The notes below the pieces were generated by a model that worked only from the letters and a program-made list of their open reading frames with translations, did not search any database and was not told the origin of the DNA. Position numbers and translations under genes: made by a program. From Bugula neritina (lineage: Eukaryota; Animalia; Bryozoa): 64,000 nt of DNA. The stretch covers positions 7,743,408 to 7,807,407 of the forward strand of contig OZ037771.1 of the NCBI GenBank assembly GCA_964035545.1, read 5' to 3'. Below are positions 44,218-58,600 of this stretch, piece after piece; the stretch's first letter is position 1; every line of letters starts with the position of its first letter.

Positions 44218-45424
44218 CTTTACACAATAATTGAGTAGTAAAACAACGAAGTAAATAAGCAGCAATTGAATGGGAGTTGTTTTCTTTCTAAGCTATGGCA
44301 GTTAGAAATTTTTGCACTGCATTCAGAAAATATGTTATGGGTGGTGTGTGCGTGTGTGTGTCTGGATATCTAATGTATATTTCTTAGATGCGCACTTGGA
44401 CATGAAAAAGATTAAAATATATATATATATATATATATCTTATAAGTTTACAATACACATGTATCATGCACATGAAAATGGAACCCTTAATTTCAAAGAC
44501 CCACTGATATGCACCAGATGCAGTCAGAAGGGGTGAGCGATGTAAGTGCAGTAATGCAGAAATTGAGAAAACCCTGTGTTCTAGATTAGAAATGTCAATC
44601 CTCGCCTGAAACCAAAATTTAATAATAATAGAACTAAAGAACTTATGCTATCTTGATTTTTCTACTACAGCTGCTAAATGGAAGAAATCAGAGTTGTATT
44701 GCCAGATAGCCTTACTTTCAACAAAATATCCAAATTCTGGCAGCCCTAGTGAGGGGGGTGGGGCGAAGGTTTCAGGAACATATGTTACATGCATTGGTGT
44801 ACAAGCTACTAAACCACTATAAGTAGAATCAGATAGTTTCCTCACGCAACATAACTAATTGGAAGTTCAATGACAGTACTAATAGTAAGAACTGTAGTGA
44901 TGCAAACAGCTTTTTACTTGATAATACATTACTGTAAAAACATTTACATAAAACAACAGCACCCTCTATATAACATTTCTGAATATATACATTGCACTCT
45001 ATTTCTAATATTAAACAGATGAATAAATTAATAAAAATTACCGGTATTCTTGGTTGCAGAAGGCATGAAGAGGTCTGGAATACTCTTCTGCAAATATAGT
45101 AAACCAACTTGTTCTAACTTTAGCTTGGAGGCCAGACTACCTTACTTACTAGAGTAAGTACTGCAACCAGTCTTAGGAGTTGCTTCTAGACGTTAGGCTT
45201 TGTCATTCAATTTTAGACATAATGGCATTAAGAATTTAAGAGGTTGTTATAAAGCTAACCAGTTATACAGGTGACTAAGATAAACTGGCAAAGCTGTTTT
45301 CTTATTTGTATACTTGAATACACTACACAACTTAAATTAATAGACTTTGACACCAATCAATTTAAAGTGGATTAAAAACTTTGTTATATAAGCAGGATGC
45401 TTTTAGACTTATGTCAGTAAACTT

Positions 45425-45434
<10 letters not shown>

Positions 45435-45510
<76 letters not shown>

Positions 45511-45525
45511 GTATATATATATATA
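45435..45525. repeat. (TA)n microsatellite
   Basis: Direct. Confidence 0.96.
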
Positions 45526-46621
45526 ATGCTCAGCAATGACAGTCAGTGACCAAGCACTCTAACCATGGTCACAAACTCAAGCTGCTAGCATTTTGCAAGG
45601 CTCATGACTCCTAGGTGATTCATAGTCACTTGAGCACTCTACATGGCTTGAGTTTCCACACCTTTTAAAGATGCTTTAGTAAAAATATGAGTTTCTACTA
45701 TTGCGAAGGTGTGGGCCATGATACTCTGTTTTGATGAGGGGACAAATCCCGAAAAAGCTGTGTATATACACATACGCATGTAATATTTATACTACATATA
45801 CTTATGTATATACTGCAGATGGGTGCATGTACTTTTTGTAACTCATCATGCATGGAGGGTACCTACCATACACACCAAAAAGCAGGACCTCATACTCCAG
45901 AATAAAAGAAACTGTTATTTTTTTGTGGAACAGATTTTATTATACATGTATATAGCATATTATTCTGAACATTGAGGTTATATGTGTGAAGATAGCACCT
46001 TGGTAAAATATCCTATTACAGCCCGTGTTAGAGTAAGTCGGAGATGAGTTAAATAAAATATTTAAAAAGGGAATTATTCATGATAAAATTATATTCGATA
46101 TACATGCACACAGATTAGTGTACAATAAATAATAGTGATAGAATAACTAAGATAAAATATCATAAAATAATAGAGTGCTATTCGACAACACTAATCCGAG
46201 AGAAAGGTTGGATGACGACAGCAGAATAATATATTCCAATTCATTACATGCACTCAACTATTGTAATAAATAAAAATTATCATAGAGCAAAAATAAAATG
46301 CCAGTTATATAGTTTTGTCTCATTACAATTAATCACTAGTTAGAAAGGACAACAATTATGTAGGCTTTTCTTGCTTTTGCACAAACTTACTTTACTGGTA
46401 TGGCTTTTAAAAAAAAATTTAACTAATAATGACTGACCGCAGCCCTTTGCTACTAATACATAAATGCACATACTTTTCAGAAGATATTCAAAGACTGGAG
46501 TTATACTTAAATCATGAAACTATAAATTATAAACTATGGAATGAATATAATAAATAAAATCACACTTTAATCTTGCTACCAGCTCAACTCTCCCAGAACG
46601 CACGGCTGACTTTAACAATAC

Positions 46622-49600
46622 TTATAGGCTTAGTAAGTATGGAATGACCACCGCCATCACTATACCAACGACAAACAGCAGTGCGGCCATCACCAGATAC
46701 GGTTGCTTGGCTTCATCTGGTTGAATAGCCCGCATCACCCTCTCACGGAATATGGCAAGCTGGGAGTTCACGGGTCTGGTGGTGTCTGTAGGTTGAACTG
46801 GTGGAAGGGCAGGAGCTGGTTTACTAGTGTGAAACAGCACACCAGGACTGTAGGCACCGGCTATAGTGTCAGCAGATGCTTCAGTGCACACTCGGACAGC
46901 ACACACTCTCACAGAGTAAGATGTACCTGGTGAAAGCCGACTCAATGTGTATGATGTGCTTGAACCTTGGTATACCTGCAACACGTAGTAGACATACCAT
47001 AACTAACTTTCTCAGGGAAATACTTGAGAAAACTTAGATTTAGATAGATTTTTCAACAGGTATTTTCTTTGATCCTTTCCCAGGTATATATACGGATATA
47101 TTTCCTACTACGCAGCCTCACCCCCTAGACACACTTTGCCGTAACGGCGACGGTACCGTCAAATGTCGGCCATTTTTAAAAATGTCCGAGCTGACTGTAC
47201 GTCGTTACGGTATGTCAGGACCAAGCACTGCTTGATTAAAAAAATTGAGTCGGGTTCCCATTGGGCAGGGGGACGTTCGCGTCAACTCATTAGATATAAT
47301 TGTCCAATGAGGTGTCATAGATCTTACCCAATAGCGGACTTTGAGAACTTTAGCCCGGATGCATTAAAAATGGCTGATATTTTAGGCTACGGCAAACTGT
47401 GTCTAGGGGGTTAAGCAATACCGGATACTATGCAGAAAGTCACAGTGAATAGATGACACTACCTGCTTGTAGTCTAATGGAGAACTAGAGTGCTCCTGCT
47501 CTGATAGCTGTAACCTGTACTCAATGCTTCCAGTCAGCATGGTTTTAGCCGGCTGCCAACTTATGATGCAACAATCTTCACCCGGTTCCTTTACTGTAGG
47601 AGCTGAAATATATTTTATAACATGATGTAGTATTTCTAATGCACAGCCAGTCATAGTAAACTCAAAATAGGTAGAGGATGGTGGATGGAGCAATGGGGTG
47701 AAGAAAAGTGGGAGGAGCAAAAGCGAGTAGATTAAGGTGGACAACAGCTTTAGATTCATCCAAATGAGGATATTTATTCACTGGACTGATTGTAAGAGAA
47801 AGTCACCAAGTGTCGCTTGGAAACTTTCCCCAGTTCCTATGGCCACACATATTTCACAAGCAACAAGTCAATAACGGTCTGAATGGTGAACCTAAGTCTA
47901 ACAAATTGAATGGATTCTAAAACCTGCTTTACAATTTCGAAGCCCACATAATTATAAACAAACCAAACAAAAATTATTTTAAAATTGTAGCAACAAGATT
48001 GGATGACCAAGTACCTTTGAGAGAGTGAGGCGGTGTGCGAGTGGTGACTACAGTAAGCGGCAGCGATGGTGATCCATCCCCGGCAGCATTAGTGGCTGAT
48101 ACAGAAAAGTAATAAGGAGTGCATTCTTGTAACTTGCTGACTTTACAGAACTGAGCAACTCCCTGGTATACCTGCACAGGTGACAGAAATATGACACTCC
48201 ATGCAGACAGTTTATGAACAAGTAAAAGCAAACAATAAAATTCATCAGATAACAATAGTCTGCAAGTGGCCCCTTCACCATACACCCACATTTGTGAAAA
48301 TCAATTGAGGCAAGACAGCTGTTGAAGTTCACACACATTTCCAGTACTTTCTTAGTTATACATTCAACATTGAGGCAAGGTCATACAGATTAGCCACCTA
48401 CACACGGGTAAGAGTTGTGTACTCATTAAAATAAATTTTATTGTACAAGTCTTCCCTTTCATTGATTACCTTGTCTCATAGTTATAGGAGTAGAAAAATA
48501 ACGATTATTTATAGCCTCTTTCTTCATTTATTATTCTTAGCAGAATCAATAATTAGGGAAGTTGAAAGCTGGCTGGTCATACTAGATATGAGTTAGGAGT
48601 GAATATGTAGCCACCATGTCTAGCAAACTAAACTCACACTTTGAGGCATGGCGGAAGGGTCTCCCCTGCACATCCGTATAGTGTAGTGATGACACTTGTC
48701 CACTTCGGACCACTTCAGTTTAACAGAGTTGTATGTAACACCTGAGCACTCAATACTCGGCGGGGAAGGAGGCAGCGACAGGGTGCTGACTTTGACCGGT
48801 GAGCTGAAGGCGCCAGCTCCAACACTGTTTAATGCTTGCACTCGCACCCTAACAACCAGTCATCACACCAATGATACTTCAAGCAATATATAATATATCT
48901 TCAGATGTATAGATAATATATTTATACCATAAGGGTAAATAAAATAGAGAGCAGCCGTGGTCTAGGGGTTAGAGCATTTGCCTAGTAAACACGAAGACGT
49001 GGGTTCGAACCCTGACAAAGGCCATTGGTGATGTTAGGAAGAGCATCCAGTCATAATTGCTCTTGTGCCCCATCTGAATAAGACCTTAGCCTGATTTAAC
49101 AAAAAACCCTTCCATCAGGGGTTTTCTCACAGGGATAGTGATTATAAACTTGCCTGAGTTTTTTTATGAGAAATAAAATATTGACTAAATTTGTAATTAT
49201 TAAAAATATTATAAAATTCATGTAATCCAATGAGTGTACACAGTATTGATCTACAACATGTTAGAATCTACAGCAAATATAAGCATTAACAACAATAATA
49301 TAAAGTTAGTAGTATAATAGAACATTTCTTCAATGCCATACCTGTACAAGGTATCAGGGTTTAGATCATCAATAAGAGCTTCAGTGAGAGAGGAATCTGT
49401 GACAGACTGAAGCATATTCTTTCCATACTCAATATTATATTGCGTTATCTACAAGTACAAACACAACAGATGAACACAGCAGCTAGCCAGCAACAAATGT
49501 TTCAACCAGCACAATCATAGCACAGGAATAAGTATGTAAAACCAAAATAATGCATAATGATGAAGCACCGCTTCAGCATTGCTCAGTAACCAAAACCACA

Positions 49601-52600
49601 AGAATACACTCAAGTTTACTTTGTTTAATAATTTCCACTGTGGGAGGACACAACTCTTAATTGTAAAAGGGATACGGGGGACCTTTGAAAAGGGTCTAAT
49701 GCATGTTTATTTGAGAGAAAAGACAACTCTCAGAGTTTTTGAAAAATATTGAATTTTCTTAATGCGTAATGGGCAAGAAAAGATTATAAGAGTTAAAAAC
49801 AGCATCTGTTTCACCAAAGCGGTCTAAATTTGCACAGTTACTTATTTTGCACAAATTTTCAATGTTGGGGTAGACTTTCTAAACATCAACAAAGTCAAAA
49901 AGTAGCTGGAAGGCAAGCAAAAGCTGAAGCTATACTAACCTCACAACCATTGTTATCTGGAGCTTTCCATGAGACCATAATACTGTTGGCGGAGACAGCT
50001 GTGACCTTGACATGATGCACAGCAGACGGACTAGTAGGCAAGGTCAAGGCTGTGACTGGCAGTGAATAAGAAGAGTGTCCGGATGAGTTTACAGCCTGCA
50101 CTCTGAAACTATACTCAGTGTTGGCCAACAGAGACTTGGCTGTATATTCCAGCTCTGTTCCACTGGATAGCTATGGAATATGAAATACAATATAGTATAG
50201 AGAGTAGATAGAGAGTAGTAGAGTAGGGAGTAGTAGAGGAGAGAGTAATAGAGTAGCAAAGAAAGAGAACATATCACAATATAGAATATTGATATTTGAG
50301 TCATTCTATGCTACACAAATGCCTACACTGCTATAAAGTACACCACAACACTGCACAGTAATGGTGGGTGGTGTTAGGAATATTAAAATTACGTGACTGC
50401 CAAGCATTGGTATTTTAGCATTTTAGTGCCAACATTGACCGTGTTGACACTATGTTTTGACTTATCACATGAGTTCACTCAACACCAGAAGGTGTACTAT
50501 ACAGTACTGTATACTGTAGAGTGTAGAGTATAGAATACAAGGCATATTCTTACCAAGATGTACTCTTGTTGGTCTGGCTTTAACCATTCCAGTTTGTACT
50601 CTGTGATCTTAGCGCCATTATTGCACGGAGCTGACCACGAAACAACTACGACATGAGGCGACTTCACCAGACATTTGGGCTGTGTTGGAGGTTCCGGCAC
50701 TCCGGGTCCAGATATAACCTCCAGGGGTTCACTCCACTCACCTACACCGACTTCATTGAGTGCTTGTACCTGCAGTTCATCATATTCAAACAGTAAGAGC
50801 GGAGTCATTTATTTTCAAAAAAATTATAGAGAAAACAACTAGAACAAATGGTGCAGTTTTCACAGACACTTGGTGCTAGAGTGAAAGACGGACAAGGAGA
50901 GAGCAGTGGCCCACCTGAAGGAGGTAGCTACGACCTGGAGACAGGCCGGCCACCATACAGTCAGTAGCTGGCCCCTGGTACACTTGTCTAACAGTGTTAT
51001 CAGCATTCACCAACTGCGCCCTGAACGTTCTGATTGGTGCACCGCCAGTGTTCTCAGGTGGTGCTGCAACAAGAATATTACTATGATGAACAGTTACAAG
51101 AGAGAAATGGCATTCCTAGTTAAAAGATGTTTAGTTGGCAAGTAATTTGAAAGACCTAATTATTTTATTCAGTTGATAGAACCATACAAGAGTAACATCC
51201 ATGTTACAAAACAAGGACAATCAAAGCCCAATCAACCAGAAGTTTTGTCTTCAAGAAGCACTAGTTGAAGATGGCTTGTTGGGATGGTCAAGGAGTTTGC
51301 ATGAATATATGATTCCATTGACAGAAAGAAACAACACAATTCAGTCCGACACACTTACCCCACTTAAGATGAAGGACATGTGCCTTGGCTTTACCAAGTA
51401 GCCAAGGTTTACAACACTGGCCAGGCACGACAGGACGGGTGGTAACCTCTACGCTCTCCGACCACTGGCCAACACCCACCACGCTTTTCGCAGCAACTCT
51501 GGCCTTGTAGGTGAAACCGGGAAGTAGGTTGGCACAGGAGCATTCACAGACTGGCCCTTCATACACCTGGATGTAGCCCTGGCCCGAGTCTAGCTGAGCC
51601 ACATAGGACTCTACGTCAACTCCACCATCCTCCACAGGGGGCTCTGCAAGGCGACATCTTGAGAGTTACTACCATTACATTACAAGACACAACAGAGCGT
51701 ACAGGAAGTAGAGAAACAGGACACGTACCCCAGGAGAGTCTGAACATGCGACTGGTCACTTTGCCTTTAACTGTGAGCTTGCAGGGGCTGGTGGCCACGT
51801 CTGCTCTGGTGCGATGAGTCACCACTGTACTCCATGACGACTTACCGTCATCATTAGCAGCCTGCAACTACAAGGTGACCACAGGTCAGCAGACGATGCC
51901 TGATTGTATGCACAGAAATCAAAATATTGATTTATAACTTTGTCACTAAAAAGACAAGAATGGATTGAGAGATCCTGCTGATGCTTACCCTGAACTTGTA
52001 GGCGGTACTTTTCTGAAGGTGGTCGACCCTGTAGGACACCTCGGGGCCTGTGTAAGCTGCTATAAACCCGTGACCGGTGTTCTCCTCTTCCTGCTGTAAA
52101 ACAAACTCTCTGTCTACACCAGGTCTCTTGATCCACGTGAGCAGCAGGGAGCTGGTGGTTGACTCAGAAAGACGGGGCGGATTGGGTGTGGGGGGTGGCA
52201 CCCCCTTAGTACACACCACTGTTTCATCACTGTACTCACTGTAACAGTATAGAAAACAAAAAAATGAATAAATAGCTGAAGGCAATGAAACATAGTTGGT
52301 TGATCGGATAAATTGCCACAAATATTACACGTGAGTAAATCTATTTAGAGAATTTAGGAGAATTAAAGCGTTCACCAAGTTACCTGCTGCCAATGCCGTT
52401 CACAGCTGACAATCTGAATGTGTAGCACTGAGATGGAAGGAGTTTGTTTATTTTAAACTCCTTTTTGTTTCCCTTATAACAGCTGGAATATGCGGACTGT
52501 GGGAGTTGCTCTCCCTTGTAATACTCAAGTAAGTAGTGGGTAATTTTGCTGCCGTTGTCAGCGGGAGCCTAAAATCCATCAACAGACTAACTCAAAGCGA

Positions 52601-55600
52601 TTCACATTCACAACACTGGTGCTTTAGAGAAACAACTTCATCCGAAAATTTGCTTTGCGCAGACAATATTCTGTAAGCTTGTATATAATTATTATAAAAA
52701 TTGATTGTCACATTGTCACTTTAAAGTTGAACAGTGAATTGGTTTACACTTTAGACAGAATACTCTCAAACAAGCTGCTAAAACTATTCAATGGTATGAT
52801 GAGTGAAGCTAGCAGCTGTCGAAATTATGTAACCATGAGGTTCCATTAAAGTCAACACTCCATGTACAGCAGAAGAAGTGTTTCCAGACTGAACATTACA
52901 GCAAAATGTAGCATTCATATGAGATCTATATAGCATCTACAGAACATCTATATAGCATCTACAGAAGATCTATACAGCATCTACAGAATATCTATATAGC
53001 ATCTACAGGGGATCTATATAGCAGTTGAAAGAGAAAAAATTTTTTAGACTTACATTCCATTTTAATGATATGAAAGATTTGGTGGTTTGGACAAGTTTAG
53101 GTTTTAAGGGCCTATCAGGAGGAGATGGCAATGTTTCAAATATCACTGGCTCGGTGTAATTCCCTCTAATGTCTTCAAAGATTGCACATATTCTACAATA
53201 AAATGTTGTCTGGTAATCATCATAAAATCTACACAATTTTCTTAAACAGACCGGAGTGTGAGATAAAAAGTAAGTGAGTGAACTAAAAATCATACAGATT
53301 GAGAAAATAGGCTTTTATAAATTTCTTCTTTGTCTTTTTCCGATGCAGAGATGGATGCTACAATAAATAAGATGGTCAACTTCCTGTACAGAGTTAAACT
53401 TACCTGACGTAGTAACCAGTAGCTGGTTTAAGATCTTGCATTTCAATGGTGGTGGCATCCCCTTCATACACCACCTTATATGGGCCATCTTTCTTGTCTG
53501 TGTACTGTAGTTGGAACTGAATTTCAGGACAGACTGCCTCGTCACTTGACAGAAGACTGTCGGGAATATCTGGTGCAGTGATATGTATGACAGCTCTTCT
53601 ACTCTCAACCTTCACCTGAAAGCAAGCAATACTTTGTCTATGATAATAAAATAATCAACTAACAGAATTATAACACTCTGTGATATGTGACCAGTCCCTC
53701 ACCTCTGGTACTGGCACTGAGCACAGCAACTCCAGCACAATCCTCCGCTCTTCCTCTGAGGAGGTCTCATGACTGTCTGTACTGCTGGAACAGCTGTTTA
53801 GGTCTAGAGATCTTTCATTAACTTCAGCCGAAGAGCCATTGGCTATGCATAGTATACGTTATTAACAACATAATAATTTATACAACACAGCTCAATAGAG
53901 TCTTATGCAGTTTGATGTAACATAATACAAAATAATTATAAGTACTACTTAAAACTATTTAAATAGCCTGAGTAACCTCTGAGAAACTTTTTTGTTAGAA
54001 ATAGTGAATATATTATAAATTTTTAAATACACGAAGACCTCAAATTAATGATGATAAAGTCAAAACACTTAAAAAAATTAATCAGCTTTATCAATCATCA
54101 CTGGTATAGCACTGGGTTTCAATGTTCACTATCATATTTATTTATATTCAACAATAAAAGCTGCAGAGAAAAAGTTACAACAAATATTAGAGAATAAAAC
54201 TGAACTATCTACAAAAATAAATCATGGTGTATAACAATACTACTGTTGTCTAAGGCTGAAAATTGCAAAGGAAATTCCTCAGTATAACATTTAGATTACA
54301 ATACATTCAAAGCTGTACCATCTCCACTAGACTAGTACTAGAGGGATTAGTTACTAGTAGGAGTACTCACTATAACAGTGCTGCATTATAATGTCTGGGT
54401 CTTTATGTCTTCGAGAGTGCACCTGCTTGTCTCGATGACCATGAACAGATCTATGGTGATGAGATAAAGCTCTATCCTCAGCCGATACACCTAAATAAGA
54501 GTAGCAGTAGGGCTATTGACTATACCACGAATACAAAATTAATTTTTATGCATTATCAAGTTGACCAGCTACACTAGAAATATATGGTTAGTAGATTTTC
54601 CATCTTAAGCATAGATGTGAGGTGTGTAATTTAGTTTCATTAGTGGTTGGCGTTTTGAAATTTGAATATAATGCGTTCATTGAGTAGGGTGAATTTATTT
54701 TTATTCTAGGCTTGACTTGGGGCGGTAGCATGAGGCATGAGAATGATTTGTAAAATACTTTAAAATTTAATAAATAATAATTCATCAGCATCTTCATGAG
54801 TGAAATAAATAAGAACTACATTAATATTAATTTCATTTAAATTTTAATAACAGGCCCTTGACCTTAGTTTTAAATAAACTATTAAAATTGTATAAATAAT
54901 TAAATTATTATACCTTGTAATAACAAATTTAAGATTCCATTTTGATTTAGTTTAGCCATTTAAAAATTGAACATTTGCTACTACTACTACTAGTACTAGT
55001 AGTCGTAGAACTATAAGTATAACTATGGGCATGTCTATTGGTATTACATTTACTGTAACTATAGTATTGTTAGAAGTATTGTAAAAGTAATGCTTATACT
55101 ATTAGTATTAGTAATAATAATTAATACTAATAGCAGTATCAATATGAGTAATACGAATACCTATGAGTATGTTCATGGTAATACTAATGCTTATAGTTAT
55201 AGTAGAACTCCAAGTATAAGTATTAGTAATACTATTAAATGATGAGCAACTAGCCGCAATGTGTAATGCTTGCAAATTGTAAGAAACTAATCAAGCAAGC
55301 ATGAACGTGTGAACTCAGGCAAGACGAAAATGAGCAACAACTAAACACGAACTGAAACTGTGAAAATAATTGTATACGATAGCAGACTAGCGAAGTAAAC
55401 GGAGACTACGGACTGTAGCAGACAGGAAACACCTAAGCAGTACGTCACTTTGCCCTGAATGTAAATACCAGCCCGCTATTGTACGGACGTGCCACATCGC
55501 AATCAACAGCAACAACCAATAACTATGAGAGCGATATTTAAGAACACCGCCTAACCGCAGCGAAGGCGTGGCAATCGTGATTAGAATACAAAGTAATACT

Positions 55601-58600
55601 AACTATGGCCACATTGGAAATTCAGTGCACGTGATTACATAGCATCTAGTGAATATTAATGTTATTACTTATATTGGTAAAAAAAGAACAAAACTAAATT
55701 GGGAAAGTGTTAGACTTGGCACGTATAATCAAACTCCCATACTATACTGACTACAAGGAAACTTTAAATAGGAATTACAAGCAAGGCTTTTAGTGTGGTT
55801 TTATTTCTTGAAGACTGGAGCCATTTGCTTCCATACTTTACCTACATGCTTTCTTGGGTACGGCCACTAGGTAAAATATGCTCTACTAAACTTCATTCCA
55901 ATCAACTACACATTATTGAGATTTCACTTGCATAATTTAGGTAGCTTTGAAAACAGAATTTAGTCAAAACTATCAACAAAAATTTTGAAATGCTTTTTGT
56001 GAATAATCAATTATGGCATTTCCAAAAAATTGAATAATAATTCTAGTTAGTAGCTCGTAAGGTAAATGCTCACATTCAATCGTAGTGTAAACAGACCAAT
56101 ATACCCAAAGCAATAAATTATATACAAGACAAATTTTATACAAGATCACATTGAGGGTTATTTTGACTAATGTTGTGCCACTCTTAGGTATGCTGCATTC
56201 GAGTCAAGTTTAATTTTATGTTTCAAGATGCAAGAACTGGATATAATATTACGCCTAACACTTTTGTTTGCCTTAACGACGGGACTCTTGTCAGAAATAA
56301 CAAGAGTAAAAGCAAGCAACAGAACAAGAGTAACAGGAGAAGGTAACTCTTGATAACGTGAGACCTGGCTAGAGCTTTAGTGAGTGAATAAATAAATAGA
56401 TAGATAGAATGACTATCTTACCATGCTGTAGAATGTGGTTGTTGTTTTGGTTGCCATTGTGCACCATATGCACTGCTCCATGCATAAGGTGGTGGTGATA
56501 CTGGGGCTGGTAGCCTGCAGGGTAAGGGTGTTGAGTAGAATAGCCTGTGTACTGCTGCTGTTGTAGTGACAGAGGTAGGTGCTGCGAGCTACCACCACCC
56601 TACAGCATACAATTATTAACACATAGATTGTGCAAACTGGTAACACATGAAGCTACTTTGCTACAATATTTTATAACTCAAGATCAAGGATGATAAGTTG
56701 GAGAACAGCTAATGACTCATCTATAGGGAATTTCCCAAATAAATAATTACCTGACAAAATTAAAAGTTTCTGAACACATTTTCACAGAGCCATGCCTCTT
56801 CTCTCAAGGCTTACCAACTTTCTTACAAAACAAGGCGTTCCATTACCTAGACTATCTTATTTACTATTTATTATACAAATCACAGTTAGAATAAACTCAT
56901 CCCCTAAAAACAGGGTACCTCTGGTCTACACTGGTAAAGAACACAGGGTAGACTTGGTTGACTGATCCAGGAATTTTTTTAAAACAAGTAACTTAAGTAT
57001 TGTCTGTTTTACATTTTTCAGCATTTAGCCCATTTAATTAGGATTGTCTGCGGATTACCTCTGGGTTTGCAATGTAGGATTGTGAATGAAATGGAGACTA
57101 GTATAATATATTTTTCTACAATTTGAGTAATAAATTTTATGTATGCTTAGATGTTAGACAAGAGAGGAGCCAGATTAATCACTCACGTTGAGATATGACG
57201 AGTTGTAGCCGTCATGGTGTATCCTGTGACCTGATACATTGGGTCCCGTCCCTCTCTGGTTCATACTAGGGTGTTGGGGTCTGAGGATAAACCTGGACAT
57301 TCCACTACTTTCATCGTAGACCTGCTGGACAATGTGACCCTGAGGAGCGTGAATGTGAAGAGGAGTAGGTGGTCCACTGTTGGACACCATGGTCACGTTA
57401 GCTGGACCTGCAGTACAGAATGAATTGTATATCCCACAGACTAGCTCACTTGTCACTGACCTAGCTAATGGTATGATTCAACAAGATAAGATCTGTGAGA
57501 ACTGGAATTTTTCCTGTACAGACACAAAACATGCAAATTATTGACGTAAATTATAGTATTATTATTGTATGTCCACATCAAACAGTGGTTGGGTTGGGCG
57601 CAACATTTACAGGTATGTTATTTGACAGAATAAACTGGGATGAAATACGCTGATACTTCTATGTAGGTGTAACATAACTCAACGGAGAATAGTGTCTGAG
57701 CTCAAGTGAACAAACACTAAACATGTACTTTAGTCTAACAGTATATAGGTAACTTTTTTAACGCAATTAATTCCCCTACAATAAAACAAAATGTCTGCTA
57801 TTGAGATAAATCAACTCCAACACACTATGAATTCATGAACATTGTCTAAAAGTTATTAACAAGGTTTTCAAACATCAACTTGCAAACAAGATGAGATTGT
57901 TGACAAGCAGTATATTCGTGTAGATTACTTACAGTGATGTACAGCACTTACACTAGTGTAGGTTACTCACAGTGATGTACAGCACTTACACTAGTGTAGG
58001 TTACTCACGCGAAACTGAATATAATAGTGTTGAAGAAACAGAAAAGTTCAAGCAGAATACTAATAGTGTAACTGTAAATTTGGTTTGAAAAAATGCAATG
58101 ATTTGTCCAGTTATAAAGTAGAGGGAATTTTTACACAGTATTGTGCCCAAACCTCTTCCGCCACAATCTATTTCTTTCATTAATATATTAATGTTTACTG
58201 TAAGTTAGTACAACTCTGCCAATACAACCAACTGGAACACTGAAGACTGGAGAGCTAAATGATTGAACTGGCCAGACAGCAAGCAGATACTGATAGCAAC
58301 TGCAGTCGCAAGTACTAGTAAAAGTACTAGTCAGCAAGGCCTGAGACAATAATAATATAATGTAATGATCCCTGTAGCACTGGTCTAGCCTCACCCCTGC
58401 AGTTATAGCAATCCCGGTCAGTGTAGCTCCACTTCATATTCCTTTTATGTCTAATTCCAGGCATACAACCAAGTTGGAGACAGAAACAGTGTAATAAAAC
58501 AATAGTGAAGCATTTGACAGAACCCAACGTACTTAATTCTGGTTAGGCTGTTCCTTAAATGAACCCCAACTCAGAAATACCAGCTGCGAGCTGTGGCACT

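Noticed and set aside
44648-44845. ORF as first exon of the CNBD gene
   Set aside because: No homology and no donor that I could link confidently to the 44217 acceptor.
48951-49025. Functional tRNA-Thr gene
   Set aside because: Stems are imperfect and it continues into the SINE body with TSDs.
55248-55590. CpG-rich stretch, possible Helitron-type element
   Set aside because: No convincing terminal hairpin plus CTRR, TIR or second copy in the window.
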